IMG/VR virus record: IMGVR_UViG_2884693830_000001
Span: 1,459-65,458 of that record
Strand: one strand, 5' to 3'
DNA: 64,000 nt
DNA from: a virus
In this document: piece by piece, positions 46,023 to 55,578 of the stretch
Position numbering within the stretch: position 1 is the first letter of the stretch
Layout of the letters: the number at the start of each line of letters is the position of its first letter
Notes under the pieces: generated by a model
Database searches by the model: none
What the model saw: only the letters and a program-made list of their open reading frames with translations
Told to the model about the DNA's origin: nothing
Program-made: the position numbers and the translations under genes

Positions 46023-47437
46023 TGTGCGGTGTCGTCGCCGGTCTCGGGAAACTCGACCTGGCCCCGGCCGTGGGCGCGCTCAAGCACCGAGGCCCCGATG
46101 CGGCCCGGATGGTCACGGTGGCTGGCGTGCACCTCGGTCATACCCGGCTCGCGGTGCAGGACCTCGATCCGCGGTCGGACCAGCCGTTCCGTTCCGGGCC
46201 GGTCACGATCGCGTACAACGGCGAGATCTACAACGCCGCGCAGCTGCGCCAGGCCGTGGAGGAGCGCGACCCGGGCCGGGCCTGGGCGACGACCGGCGAC
46301 ACGGAGGCCCTGGCCGCCGCGCTCGCCGTGCTCGGCCCTCAGCGGGCGCTGCCGCTGGTCGACGGCATGTTCGGCGTGGCGTGGGCGGACGACCGGCGGC
46401 CCGGCGTGCTTCACGTCGCCCGTGACCGGCATGGCGAGATCCCGCTGCATCTGCACCTGGCGCAGCCCGTCATGGCCGCGTCGGAGCTGAAGGCGTTCGC
46501 CGCGGTGGGCCGCCCCATGGCCGCCCACCTGATCGCGGACGTCCCGGCTGGCCAGTGGGGCACGATCCACGGTGGTCGCGCCTCCTGGCAGCGGTTCCAC
46601 AGCCAGCGGTGCACGCCGGTGGGCTACACGCTGGCGCAGGCGTCGACCCGGTTGAAGGCTGCGCTCGCGCAGGCCGTGCGGCGGCGGCTCGTCGCTGATG
46701 TGCCGGTGTGCGCGCTGCTGTCCGGGGGGATCGACTCGGCCGCCATTACGTACGAGCTGGCGCAGCACGTGCCGGGCTTGGTCGCCTACACCGCCCGCAT
46801 GGATCCCCGGTCGCGGGACCTGCGGTGCGCGCGCGAGACCGCCGAGCATCTCGGGATCGAGCTGGTTGAGGTCGACATCCCGGCGCCGACCGCTGACGAT
46901 CTGGCCCGCGTGGTGTGCGTGATCGAGATGCCGTACAAGGCGCAGGTGGAGATCGGTTGGGCGTGTCTGCTGCTCGCCGAGCGGATCCGGGCGGACGGCT
47001 TCAAGGTCACGTACTCCGGTGAGGGGTCCGACGAGCTGTGGGCGTCGTACGGCTTCGCCTACCACGGGCTCAAGACGGCCGACTGGCACATCTACCGGCG
47101 CGACCTGATGGCCGCCCAGAGCAGGAAAAACTTCCCCCGCGTGAACAAGACGTTCATGGCGTACGGCGTCGAGGGGCGGCTGCCGTTCTGCGACCCGGAC
47201 GTGGTCGATCTGGCGCTGTCGCTGCAGCAGCACGCCGTGGCGGACGGCAAGGCCCACCCCAAGGCCGTACTCCAGCGCGCGTACACCGGACTGCTGCCCG
47301 ACGCCGTGGTGCGTAGGCCGAAGGTCGCCTTCCAAGACGGGCTGGGACTCAAGGACGCGATCAGGAGCGTCCTGCCGAACCCGACCCGCTTCTACCGGGC
47401 CGAGTACCAACGTCTCGTCAGGAACAGCAGAGCATGA
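46022..47437 (+). CDS. Asparagine synthetase (glutamine-hydrolysing)-like amidotransferase
   Basis: N-terminal MCG nucleophile, HRGPD, HTRL, YNGEIYN, LLSGGIDS PP-loop, SGEGSDEL, GVEGRLPF. Confidence 0.92.
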   Translation: MCGVVAGLGKLDLAPAVGALKHRGPDAARMVTVAGVHLGHTRLAVQDLDPRSDQPFRSGPVTIAYNGEIYNAAQLRQAVEERDPGRAWATTGDTEALAAALAVLGPQRALPLVDGMFGVAWADDRRPGVLHVARDRHGEIPLHLHLAQPVMAASELKAFAAVGRPMAAHLIADVPAGQWGTIHGGRASWQRFHSQRCTPVGYTLAQASTRLKAALAQAVRRRLVADVPVCALLSGGIDSAAITYELAQHVPGLVAYTARMDPRSRDLRCARETAEHLGIELVEVDIPAPTADDLARVVCVIEMPYKAQVEIGWACLLLAERIRADGFKVTYSGEGSDELWASYGFAYHGLKTADWHIYRRDLMAAQSRKNFPRVNKTFMAYGVEGRLPFCDPDVVDLALSLQQHAVADGKAHPKAVLQRAYTGLLPDAVVRRPKVAFQDGLGLKDAIRSVLPNPTRFYRAEYQRLVRNSRA

Positions 47438-48165
47438 GTAACGACATCGCGGAGCAGTTCGACACGGGCGGTTGGCGGTTCACCGCCGATGTCGCCGAGG
47501 TGTTCGACGACCACGTGCGGGCCAGCGTGCCGCACTACGACGTGATCCAGGACCTCGTGGCCGAGACGACCGACTGGCTCGTCCCGGCGGGCGGCCTGGT
47601 CGCGGATCTCGGCGCATCGACCGGCGCGTCGGCGCGGCGCATCCTCCAGCGGCACCCCACCCGAGACATCCGAATGGTGCTGTACGACCAGCAGCCCGCC
47701 ATGCTCGACCAGGCCGCCGCGGAGCTGAGCAAGCTCGACGGTGAGCACGACGTCACCTTGAGCGCGACCCGCATCCAGTATGGGCCGCTGGTTCACGAGA
47801 ACGCTGATCTCACCTTGGCCTTGTTCACGCTGCAGTTCCTCCCGCAGGAGGAACGCGTGACCGCGCTGCGGCTCGCGCGGGAGTGCTCGGCGCAGAGCGG
47901 CGCGCTGATCGTCGCGGAGAAGATCCGCGCCGTCGACTCGAGGTGGGCGGAGATCGGGAACGACGTCGCGCACGACTACAAGGCGGCGCACGGCATCACG
48001 GACGCGGCGATCCGGGCCAAGGCCCGCGCGCTGCGCGGCGTGCTCCGGCCGTACCCGCAGCAGACGACGATGCAGGCCATGGCCGACGCCGGATGGCACG
48101 CGCCCGAGGTCCTGTTCCGGTGGCATTCGTGGGCGGTGATCGGGGCGTTCGCCTCAGCCCAGTAA
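47434..48165 (+). CDS. CmoA-like carboxy-S-adenosyl-L-methionine synthase
   Basis: WRFTADVAEVFDDHVRASVPHY, DLGASTG, FTLQFL, LIVAEK, K..L.GVL are the CmoA-family layout. Confidence 0.8.
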   Translation: MSNDIAEQFDTGGWRFTADVAEVFDDHVRASVPHYDVIQDLVAETTDWLVPAGGLVADLGASTGASARRILQRHPTRDIRMVLYDQQPAMLDQAAAELSKLDGEHDVTLSATRIQYGPLVHENADLTLALFTLQFLPQEERVTALRLARECSAQSGALIVAEKIRAVDSRWAEIGNDVAHDYKAAHGITDAAIRAKARALRGVLRPYPQQTTMQAMADAGWHAPEVLFRWHSWAVIGAFASAQ

Positions 48166-48180
48166 CGAGGGGGGTGACCG

Positions 48181-48573
48181 ATGTGGTTCGACGAGCAGCC
48201 GCCCCCCGACTGGTCGATCGAGTTACCGCCCGGCCTGGACCTACTGAACTCGAATCAGCGGCTCCACCCCATGGTCAAGGCCCAGATGACGAAGCGGCTG
48301 CGCCGTGCTGGCTACCGGGCGTCCATGGAGATCGGCCTGCCCCGGCTGGAACGGGTGTACGTCGTCGGCGAGCTCCGGCCGAACGACCGGCGCAGGCGCG
48401 ACCCGGGCAACTGGTATCCCTCGGCGAAGGCCGCGGTGGACGGCGCGATGACCGACGCCGGCGTGCTGGTGGACGACGACGCCGAACACCTGGTCGGCCC
48501 GGACATGCGGCTCGGGAGGGTCGTGAAGGGCGGCCAGCTCGTCCTGCACATCTGGCGCGGCACCGACACCTGA
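48181..48573 (+). CDS. RusA-like Holliday junction resolvase
   Basis: LLNSN, RRRDPGNWYPSAKAAVDG..DAGVLVDDD. Confidence 0.8.
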   Translation: MWFDEQPPPDWSIELPPGLDLLNSNQRLHPMVKAQMTKRLRRAGYRASMEIGLPRLERVYVVGELRPNDRRRRDPGNWYPSAKAAVDGAMTDAGVLVDDDAEHLVGPDMRLGRVVKGGQLVLHIWRGTDT

Positions 48574-48580
48574 TCAGCGC

Positions 48581-48859
48581 TCACCACGAAGGGCGGTGCG
48601 CGTCCACGTACGGCCGTCGCTGCTCCCACCGCTCATCGCACCCGGGACTGTGCTTGTCGATCTCGTAGCGGCGCTCCGCAGCGAACGCGCACGCGGTGCA
48701 GCAGTGGGCGACGCCATGCGGCACTCCTCGTTCGCAGTCCGGCTTCGCGCAGTCGTAGTGCAGCCGACCGTCGATCTCGACGGGCCACAGCACCTGGCCG
48801 CGCCGGGCCGGTTCATCGTCGGGCCACGACTCGTCAACGATCCACGGCTCCTCGTACAT
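48581..48859 (-). CDS. Small Cys/His-rich protein on the opposite strand
   Basis: GAAGAGGG RBS; HYDC..DC...HCCTAC..HS.GC. Confidence 0.5.
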   Translation of the reverse strand: MYEEPWIVDESWPDDEPARRGQVLWPVEIDGRLHYDCAKPDCERGVPHGVAHCCTACAFAAERRYEIDKHSPGCDERWEQRRPYVDAHRPSW

Positions 48860-48898
48860 GCCCTCTTCCCCTGTCGTAATTGAACGGAGGCCCCCCTC

Positions 48899-49378
48899 AT
48901 GGTTTCCAGCAGAAAGCGAGCGTCGGCCGCCGTCGTTGCTGAGCGTAGGGCCAAGGCGGTACAGATGCGGATCGCAGGTATCTCGCCGACGATCATCGCG
49001 GAGAACCTCGGCTACTCCGGCGGCTCGGCGGCCGTCGTCAAGGACATCACCCGCTCGATGCAGAAGGCCGCCAAGGCCGAGCACATCGCGTCGGAGCACC
49101 TCCTACAGATCGAGATTGACCGGCTGGACCGGCTCATGGCCGCCGTCTGGGCCAAGGCGCTGTCCGGTGACGTGAAGGCCGTCGAGCAGGCCGAGAAGCT
49201 AATCGCCCGCCGGTGCTCGCTGCTGGGCCTGGATCTGATCAACCGCAACGGGTCGGAGAACTCGGACATCGCCAGCCTGCTGGGCAACCTGTTCGCCAGC
49301 CTGCAGGCCCGGCACGGCCAGGACGAGGTGACGGTCGAGGTGGTCGACGCTATCGAGGCCGGCGAGGACAGCCCGTGA
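48899..49378 (+). CDS. terS: Terminase small subunit
   Basis: HTH (MRIAGIS..IAENLGY), RLDRL...GDVKAV...RRCSLLGLD; directly before terL. Confidence 0.8.
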   Translation: MVSSRKRASAAVVAERRAKAVQMRIAGISPTIIAENLGYSGGSAAVVKDITRSMQKAAKAEHIASEHLLQIEIDRLDRLMAAVWAKALSGDVKAVEQAEKLIARRCSLLGLDLINRNGSENSDIASLLGNLFASLQARHGQDEVTVEVVDAIEAGEDSP

Positions 49379-50670
49379 GTCTGGCGGTCGTCACGCTGTC
49401 GCCCGCGCAGGAGCGCAGCATCGCGGAGTCGACGGCGCGGATCAACGTGTGGACCGGCAGCGTACGGTCGGGCAAGACGATCGCTTCGCTGTTCCGGTTC
49501 TTGATCTACGTGACGCAGGCGCCGCGCGGCGGCCACCTGGTGATCGTCGGCAAGACGGCGGACACGATCGCGCGCAACGTGTTCGAGCCGCTGATGGACC
49601 CGAGCTTGACGGGTCCGGTGGCGCGGCGGATCTTCTACACGCGCGGCGCGGTCACCGCGAACATCCTCGGCCGCCGCGTCGAGATCATTTCTGCGAACGA
49701 CGTCCGCTCGGAGTCCCGCCTACGAGGTCTGACCTGCGCGGGCGCGTACGTAGATGAGGCGACCCTGATCCCGGAGGCGTTCTGGGACCAGCTGCTGGCC
49801 CGCTGCTCGGTGCCAGGCGCGATGATCTTCGCGACGACGAACCCGGACGCGCCCAACCACTGGCTGCGCAAGAGGTTCTTGCTCCGCTCCCACGAGCTGG
49901 ACCTGCGCTGGTGGCACTTCACCCTCGACGACAACCCGTCGTTGGACCCGGTGTACGTGGCCAACCTCAAGGCCGAGTACACCGGCCTCTGGTACCGCCG
50001 GTACGTGCTCGGCGAGTGGTGCATGGCCGAAGGCGCGATCTTCGACATGTGGGACCCGGATCGGCACATCGTAGACGAACTGCCGCTCATGGAACGGTGG
50101 CTCGGCGTCGGCATCGACTACGGCACCGTCAACCCGTTCTCGGCCCTGCTCGCCGGGGTGTCCATCCCGGACGCGGACGGGCAGCGGCGCATCTACCTGT
50201 CCTCCGAATGGCGGTGGGACTCCCGCCTGGAACGGCGGCAGCTGACCGACTCGGAGTACTCGTCAAAGATCACCGAATGGCTGGACACCGTGCCGGACAC
50301 GTACGGGCCCGGCACGATGGGCCTCCGGCCGGAGTGGATCATTGTCGACCCCAGCGCCGCCAGCTTCGTGACCCAGCTCCTCCACGACGGGCTGCTGCCG
50401 CAGCTCGGCGACAACGCCGTGCTCGACGGCATCCGCACCGTCTCCAACCTGATCGCGAGCGACCTGCTGCGGGTGCATCGCTCCTGCCATGGATGGCTCG
50501 GCGAAGTCGGCTCTTACAGCTGGGACGACCGGAAAGCGGAGAAGGGTGACGACGCCCCGGTGAAGCTCGACGACCACAGCATCGACGCCAGCCGGTACAT
50601 CCTGCACACCACGCAGGCCGTCTGGACGCCGCTGATGGAGCCCGTGCCCGACTACTGGCGCAAGCGATAA
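49375..50670 (+). CDS. terL: Terminase large subunit (PBSX family)
   Basis: GSVRSGKT, YVDEA, TTNPD, GIDYG, VDPSA, DDHSIDA. Confidence 0.93.
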   Translation: MSLAVVTLSPAQERSIAESTARINVWTGSVRSGKTIASLFRFLIYVTQAPRGGHLVIVGKTADTIARNVFEPLMDPSLTGPVARRIFYTRGAVTANILGRRVEIISANDVRSESRLRGLTCAGAYVDEATLIPEAFWDQLLARCSVPGAMIFATTNPDAPNHWLRKRFLLRSHELDLRWWHFTLDDNPSLDPVYVANLKAEYTGLWYRRYVLGEWCMAEGAIFDMWDPDRHIVDELPLMERWLGVGIDYGTVNPFSALLAGVSIPDADGQRRIYLSSEWRWDSRLERRQLTDSEYSSKITEWLDTVPDTYGPGTMGLRPEWIIVDPSAASFVTQLLHDGLLPQLGDNAVLDGIRTVSNLIASDLLRVHRSCHGWLGEVGSYSWDDRKAEKGDDAPVKLDDHSIDASRYILHTTQAVWTPLMEPVPDYWRKR

Positions 50671-50860
50671 CGCTCGCGCCACAGACGCCCGCCACCTCCA
50701 TGGTGGGCCCGCTCGACGCAACCTCGGGACTGCGTCGAGCCGGTGCGGTCCCCGGCCGCTCGCCGTTGAGGGGCGGCGTGGGGCCGGGGCCGTACCCCCC
50801 AACCAACGAACGTCAGGGCCATCCGACCGGGTGGCCCGTCTGCATGTCCGGGAGGGCACG

Positions 50861-51412
50861 ATGCGGGACAACGCGCGACTGACCGAAGGTCGGCACCTGG
50901 CGGCCGGCGTGAGCCGCCACGACACCGCCAAGTGGCGGTGCCACTGGAGGCTGGAGAAGTACGCCGGTGACAACATCGGCCCGGACACCACACCGTTCGA
51001 GACGATCGAGCGTGACGGCAACGCACTGATGTACGGCGGGGTGGCCGCGCTGTGGCACCGCCTCACCGGCGGCTCCACCGTCGACGCGTTCGACGCGACC
51101 AACGCCCGGATCGGCGTCGGCGACGGCACCGCCGCGGCGGACCCTCTGCAGGTCGATCTGCAGGGCGCAAACAAGGTCCGTAAGGGCATGGACGCCACCT
51201 ACCCGCAGCACACGGACGGCACCGACGCCACCGCCGTAACGGTGACGTTCCGGGCGACCTTCTCCACCGCGGAGGCGAACTTCGTGTGGAACGAGTGGGG
51301 GATCTTCAACGCCGTCGACGGCGGCCGGATGCTCAACCGCAAGGTCGAGAACCTGGGGGAGAAGACCAGCGCCGCCTCCTGGGTGTTCACGGTCCAGCTA
51401 TCCCTGGCCTGA
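50861..51412 (+). CDS. Putative virion structural protein
   Basis: RIGVGDGT, TFRATFSTAEANFVWNEWGIFN..MLNRKV pattern typical of phage baseplate/tail-associated proteins. Confidence 0.65.
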   Translation: MRDNARLTEGRHLAAGVSRHDTAKWRCHWRLEKYAGDNIGPDTTPFETIERDGNALMYGGVAALWHRLTGGSTVDAFDATNARIGVGDGTAAADPLQVDLQGANKVRKGMDATYPQHTDGTDATAVTVTFRATFSTAEANFVWNEWGIFNAVDGGRMLNRKVENLGEKTSAASWVFTVQLSLA

Positions 51413-51453
51413 GCCGCAACGCGACTGCCTGACGGGGGAGGGAGGCGCAGCGG

Positions 51454-53676
51454 GTGGCCACCATCCTGGAGGACTTCGAGGACGACGCCTTCAACCTCAC
51501 CATCGAGGGCGACTGGGCGCGAGACAACGAATACGCCGCTCCCGGCGGCAGCTGGTCGCTCAAGAGCGCCCCGATTACCGGGGAGCAAACGTCGGAAGTA
51601 GCGGTCACCGTCCCGCCGCAGGCGACGTCCCTGACCTTCTACTACCGGGTGTCGTCCGAAGAAGACTACGACGTGTTCTCCGTCCTGATCGACGGCTTGG
51701 ATCAGGAGATCACACCCAACTCGGGCGAGGTCGAGTGGACACCGGCGACGCTCGATGTGACAGGCGCCTCCGAGGTGACGTTCCTCTACACCAAGGACAT
51801 CTCGGTGAACGCCGGGGATGACGCGGCGTGGGTGGACCAGATCGAGTTCACCGTGCCGGACACGGGAACGCCCGTGGCGGCCAGCGACACCGCGGCGCTG
51901 ACCGAGATGGCGTCCGTTGTCGCAGCGCCAGAAGCCGGAAAGGCCAGCAGCGACAGCGGGCACCTGGTTGAGCTGCGCTGGAGGGGAGAGCCACAGGGCG
52001 GCACCCCACCATCGATCCGCTCGACCGCAACAGCGGCATCCGGGGAGTCGTCGTACATCATCGGCGCGCCTGACGGCGTCGCAGAGGATGACGTGCTGAT
52101 CGGCATCCAGGCGGCGGATCGCGGGTCCACGGCCAACATGACGACCCCGACCGGCGGCGCCACCTGGCAACCGCTGGACTCCCTGGACGCGACCAGCGAC
52201 CTGGGTGTCACCCAAGCCATCCGGGTCTGGTGGAAACGCGCCGGATCCGTCGAGCCTGGCCTGTACACGTTCAACCAGGCCAGCGGATCGGACGGCGTCT
52301 GCCTGGTCATCGCGATCAAGGACGCGTCACAGTCGGCGGCCCCGAAGATCACGCGTTCGACGGACGGGACCGGCCCGAACATCACGACGCCGGGCATCAC
52401 CCCATCGTCGGAAAACGACGTAGAGCTCCGGATCGTCGCGGCGTACTCGCTCGGCACCGCCATCACCTTCACGGCGCCGGACGGGCTCACCCCGCTGAAC
52501 AGCATCCAGTCGCGGATCTACACCGCGATGGCGGCGGCCGTCCGCACCCTGAACACCTCGTCGCCGACCGACCCCGCGGACTTCATTGCCTCGCCCGACG
52601 ACTCGGCGGACTGGCGGGCCGGCTACACCGTGGCCATCGCTCCGGCAGTCACCGGGCCACCGCAGGTGGATAAGGCGGCGTCGGACGTCGCTGCTGTGGT
52701 CGAGTCGGCTACGACTATCGTCATGCCTGACGGTGAGCACGTCGCGGCCGACGACACCGCCACCCTGACCGAGACAGCAGCGGCCACGGCCGACGTCACG
52801 ACGTCGGACATGGCCGCTCTGGTCGAGGCCGCGACGATCGAGGCCGGCCCCGGCGGCGTCGACCAGGCGGCGCTGGCCGAGACGTCGATGCTGCAGCAGG
52901 CGTGGAGCGGCGACGACCAGGCACTCCTCATCGACACCGGCCAGGTGGACGCGCAGGTCGTAGCCGTTGACGCGGGTGAGCTGACTGAGCTGGTGGACGT
53001 CGCGAAGACGATCGGCCCGGTCTCCAACGACGTGGCCGCGCTATCCGAGGCCGTGACCGTGGCCGCGGAGGCGGCGGCAGCCGACGCGGGCGCGCTGGCC
53101 GAGATGTCGAGGCTGGAGATCGGTCGCGAGGTCACCGACCAGGCGCTCCTGGCCGAGACCGTTCAGGTGGACGCGCGGGCCAGCGGCGTCGATGCCGGCG
53201 CGTTGGCCGAGGCGGTGGACATCTCCAGGACGATCGGCCCTCTCGCCAACGACGGAGCCACGCTGTCCGCGTCCGCCGCCGTGGATGCGCAGCTGGCGGC
53301 AGCCGACACTGGAGCGCTGACCGAGACGGCCGTGGCGGCGGTGGTCAAGCAGGCTGGCGACTCCGGGCAACTCGCCGAGCAAGTCTCAGTCGGCCTGGAC
53401 GCGGCCGACGCTGCGGCCCTCGTCGAAACCGCCGCAGTTGATGCGGCCATCGCGACCTCCGATAGCGCGGCCCTGACCGACAGTGCGTCGCTGGTGATGC
53501 CCAAGTTCGCGGCTGACGCTGCGGCGCTCGTCGAGCACTCCGAGGTGATCGACATCGGCCGCGCCATCGTCGGCGCCGAGCTCATCCGTCGCGGCTGGTC
53601 CGCTCATTCGCCGCGCCGCCGCTGGGCGGCGGGTAAGCCGCGCCGGGCTTGGCGGGCGGATTCACCCCACACGTAG
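51454..53676 (+). CDS. Large fibre or adhesin-like virion protein with an acidic repeat shaft
   Basis: N-terminal beta-sandwich (LTFYYRVSSE..YD, WVDQI), central DDVLI..W..W domain, about 18 D-x-A/G-x-L-x-E repeats, Arg/Trp-rich tail. Confidence 0.65.
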   Translation: MATILEDFEDDAFNLTIEGDWARDNEYAAPGGSWSLKSAPITGEQTSEVAVTVPPQATSLTFYYRVSSEEDYDVFSVLIDGLDQEITPNSGEVEWTPATLDVTGASEVTFLYTKDISVNAGDDAAWVDQIEFTVPDTGTPVAASDTAALTEMASVVAAPEAGKASSDSGHLVELRWRGEPQGGTPPSIRSTATAASGESSYIIGAPDGVAEDDVLIGIQAADRGSTANMTTPTGGATWQPLDSLDATSDLGVTQAIRVWWKRAGSVEPGLYTFNQASGSDGVCLVIAIKDASQSAAPKITRSTDGTGPNITTPGITPSSENDVELRIVAAYSLGTAITFTAPDGLTPLNSIQSRIYTAMAAAVRTLNTSSPTDPADFIASPDDSADWRAGYTVAIAPAVTGPPQVDKAASDVAAVVESATTIVMPDGEHVAADDTATLTETAAATADVTTSDMAALVEAATIEAGPGGVDQAALAETSMLQQAWSGDDQALLIDTGQVDAQVVAVDAGELTELVDVAKTIGPVSNDVAALSEAVTVAAEAAAADAGALAEMSRLEIGREVTDQALLAETVQVDARASGVDAGALAEAVDISRTIGPLANDGATLSASAAVDAQLAAADTGALTETAVAAVVKQAGDSGQLAEQVSVGLDAADAAALVETAAVDAAIATSDSAALTDSASLVMPKFAADAAALVEHSEVIDIGRAIVGAELIRRGWSAHSPRRRWAAGKPRRAWRADSPHT

Positions 53677-53687
53677 GGAGGTGCCCA

Positions 53688-53981
53688 GTGGAACCGATGT
53701 CCTCCCTGTCCAGGGAGTTTCTGTACGTCTACGTCGAGGGGGCGACCGGCAACGAGGCCGTGGAGATGGCCTTCACCGCCCCGGACGCGAAACCGATCGA
53801 CACCGACTGGCGCACGGCCGAGTGGGGACCGCCGCAACCGGACGGCGCTGACGCGAAGATCCTCGTCGGCCCCGGTGACGGAGCGGTGCCGCTGCCCGCA
53901 GGCACCCATCTGGCGTGGGTGCGGGTGACCGCCGTCGATGAGCAGCCCGTGCTGTCGTCCGGGCTGGTCCCCATCACATGA
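53688..53981 (+). CDS. Small beta-rich virion-associated protein
   Basis: GGGAGG RBS; LVGP..G..LP.G....WVRV. Confidence 0.6.
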   Translation: MEPMSSLSREFLYVYVEGATGNEAVEMAFTAPDAKPIDTDWRTAEWGPPQPDGADAKILVGPGDGAVPLPAGTHLAWVRVTAVDEQPVLSSGLVPIT

Positions 53982-54006
53982 ACGACCGCGAACGAGAGGT
54001 GGTGTG

Positions 54007-55578
54007 ATGCCGCTCCCCACTCAAGACCAGGAGTGGCCGCCCCCGCACATGCGTGCTGAGATGCGCCTGTACCAGCAGCACGGAGCCTGGTACTCCGGTG
54101 ACCCTGACCGGCTCGCCGAGGTGTACGGCAACGGGGCGGTCACGCCGGGTTTGGGCCTCGACTTGAAGGGCTGGGACCGGCCGTTGCAGTGGGCTGGCGG
54201 AGCGGTCGGCCGTGTCGCGCGCTGGTTCTGGGGCTCGCCGATTCCGGCCGGACAGTCCCGCTCGACGAAGCTGCACGTGCCGCTCGCGGCCGACATCGCG
54301 GCCAAGTCCGCGGACCTGCTCTTCTCGGAGCCGCCCACCCTGCGTGCGGCGGGTAAGAAGACGCAGAAGCGTCTCGACCAGATCATGAACGAAGGCAGCG
54401 TGTACGCCGGGCTACTGGAGGCCGGTGAGCTGGACAGCGCGTACGGCGGCGTCTACCTGCGGGTCGGCTGGGACACCGAGATGGCCGACTACCCGGTGGT
54501 CGACTCGCTCCCTGCCGACTCGGCCGTGCCGGAGTTCCACAGCGGCCGACTGGCGGCGGTCACGTTCTGGCGGGTCGTGGGCGAGGACCAGAAAGTGGTC
54601 TGGCGGCACCTGGAGCGGCATGAGCGGGGCCGCGTCTACCACGGCCTCTACCAGGGCGATGATTCCCGGCTGGGCCACCCGGTGCCGTTGGAGGACCACC
54701 CGGCAACCGCCGGGTTCGCGGCCATCGTGGACTCGGATGGCGGGTTCGATTCCGGCTATCAAAAGGGCTTGCTTGTTCACTACGTGCCCAACATGAGGCC
54801 TCACCGGACGCTCCGGGGTACGGCGCTGGGCCGCTCGGACTACGCGGGCGTGGAGCCCCTGATGGACGCCCTGGACGAGACCTGGACGTCCTGGATGCGG
54901 GACCTGCGGCTCGGTAAGGCGAGGATCATCGTGCCCGAGGTCTACCTTCAGAACACGGGCCGCGGCCGGGGCTCGTACTGGGACCCGGATCGGGAGATCT
55001 ACAGCGGTCTCGGCATGCTGCCGCCGGCGAACGGCGGCGGCAACATGATCACCGTCTCGCAGTTCGCCATCCGGGTGGAGGAGCACCAGCAGACCGCCAA
55101 GTCGCTGGTGGCGCAGATTCTCCGGGGCGCTGGGTATTCGGTGCAGTCGTTCGGTGAGGCCGGGGAGGGCGTGGAGGCCACCGCGACGGAGATCCACTCC
55201 CGCGAGCGGCAGTCCCTCACCACCCGGGGCCGGAAGGTCGGCTACTGGACGCCCGCGCTGGCGTGGCTGGGCGACTGCCTGCTGAACGTCGACCACTACA
55301 TCTACAAGACCAAGGTCACCGCCGAACGTCCGCAGATCGAGTGGCCGGACGGCGTGTTCCTGGAGACCGAGTCGGTAGCCCGCACGGTGGATCTGCTGAA
55401 CCGGGCGCAGTCCGCGTCCATCGACACCCGGATCCGTATGGTTCACCCGGACTGGGACGACGACCAGGTGTCGGCCGAGACGAAGCGTCTGCGGGATGAG
55501 ATGGGCCTGAACGTAGAGGACCCGGATTCGTTCGACGAGCAGATCCTCCCCGGCCAGGACGACGACCTCGATGGCTGA
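54007..55578 (+). CDS. Portal protein
   Basis: Position; HVPLAADIA..SADLLFSEPP, YVPN, GRSDY, MDALDETWTSWMRD. Confidence 0.88.
   Translation: MPLPTQDQEWPPPHMRAEMRLYQQHGAWYSGDPDRLAEVYGNGAVTPGLGLDLKGWDRPLQWAGGAVGRVARWFWGSPIPAGQSRSTKLHVPLAADIAAKSADLLFSEPPTLRAAGKKTQKRLDQIMNEGSVYAGLLEAGELDSAYGGVYLRVGWDTEMADYPVVDSLPADSAVPEFHSGRLAAVTFWRVVGEDQKVVWRHLERHERGRVYHGLYQGDDSRLGHPVPLEDHPATAGFAAIVDSDGGFDSGYQKGLLVHYVPNMRPHRTLRGTALGRSDYAGVEPLMDALDETWTSWMRDLRLGKARIIVPEVYLQNTGRGRGSYWDPDREIYSGLGMLPPANGGGNMITVSQFAIRVEEHQQTAKSLVAQILRGAGYSVQSFGEAGEGVEATATEIHSRERQSLTTRGRKVGYWTPALAWLGDCLLNVDHYIYKTKVTAERPQIEWPDGVFLETESVARTVDLLNRAQSASIDTRIRMVHPDWDDDQVSAETKRLRDEMGLNVEDPDSFDEQILPGQDDDLDG

Noticed and set aside
46022-47437. 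AsnB-like gene as an auxiliary metabolic asparagine synthetase or lasso-peptide cyclase
   Set aside because: It is coupled on both sides to a DNA MTase and a CmoA-like gene, and no lasso precursor or B protein is nearby.
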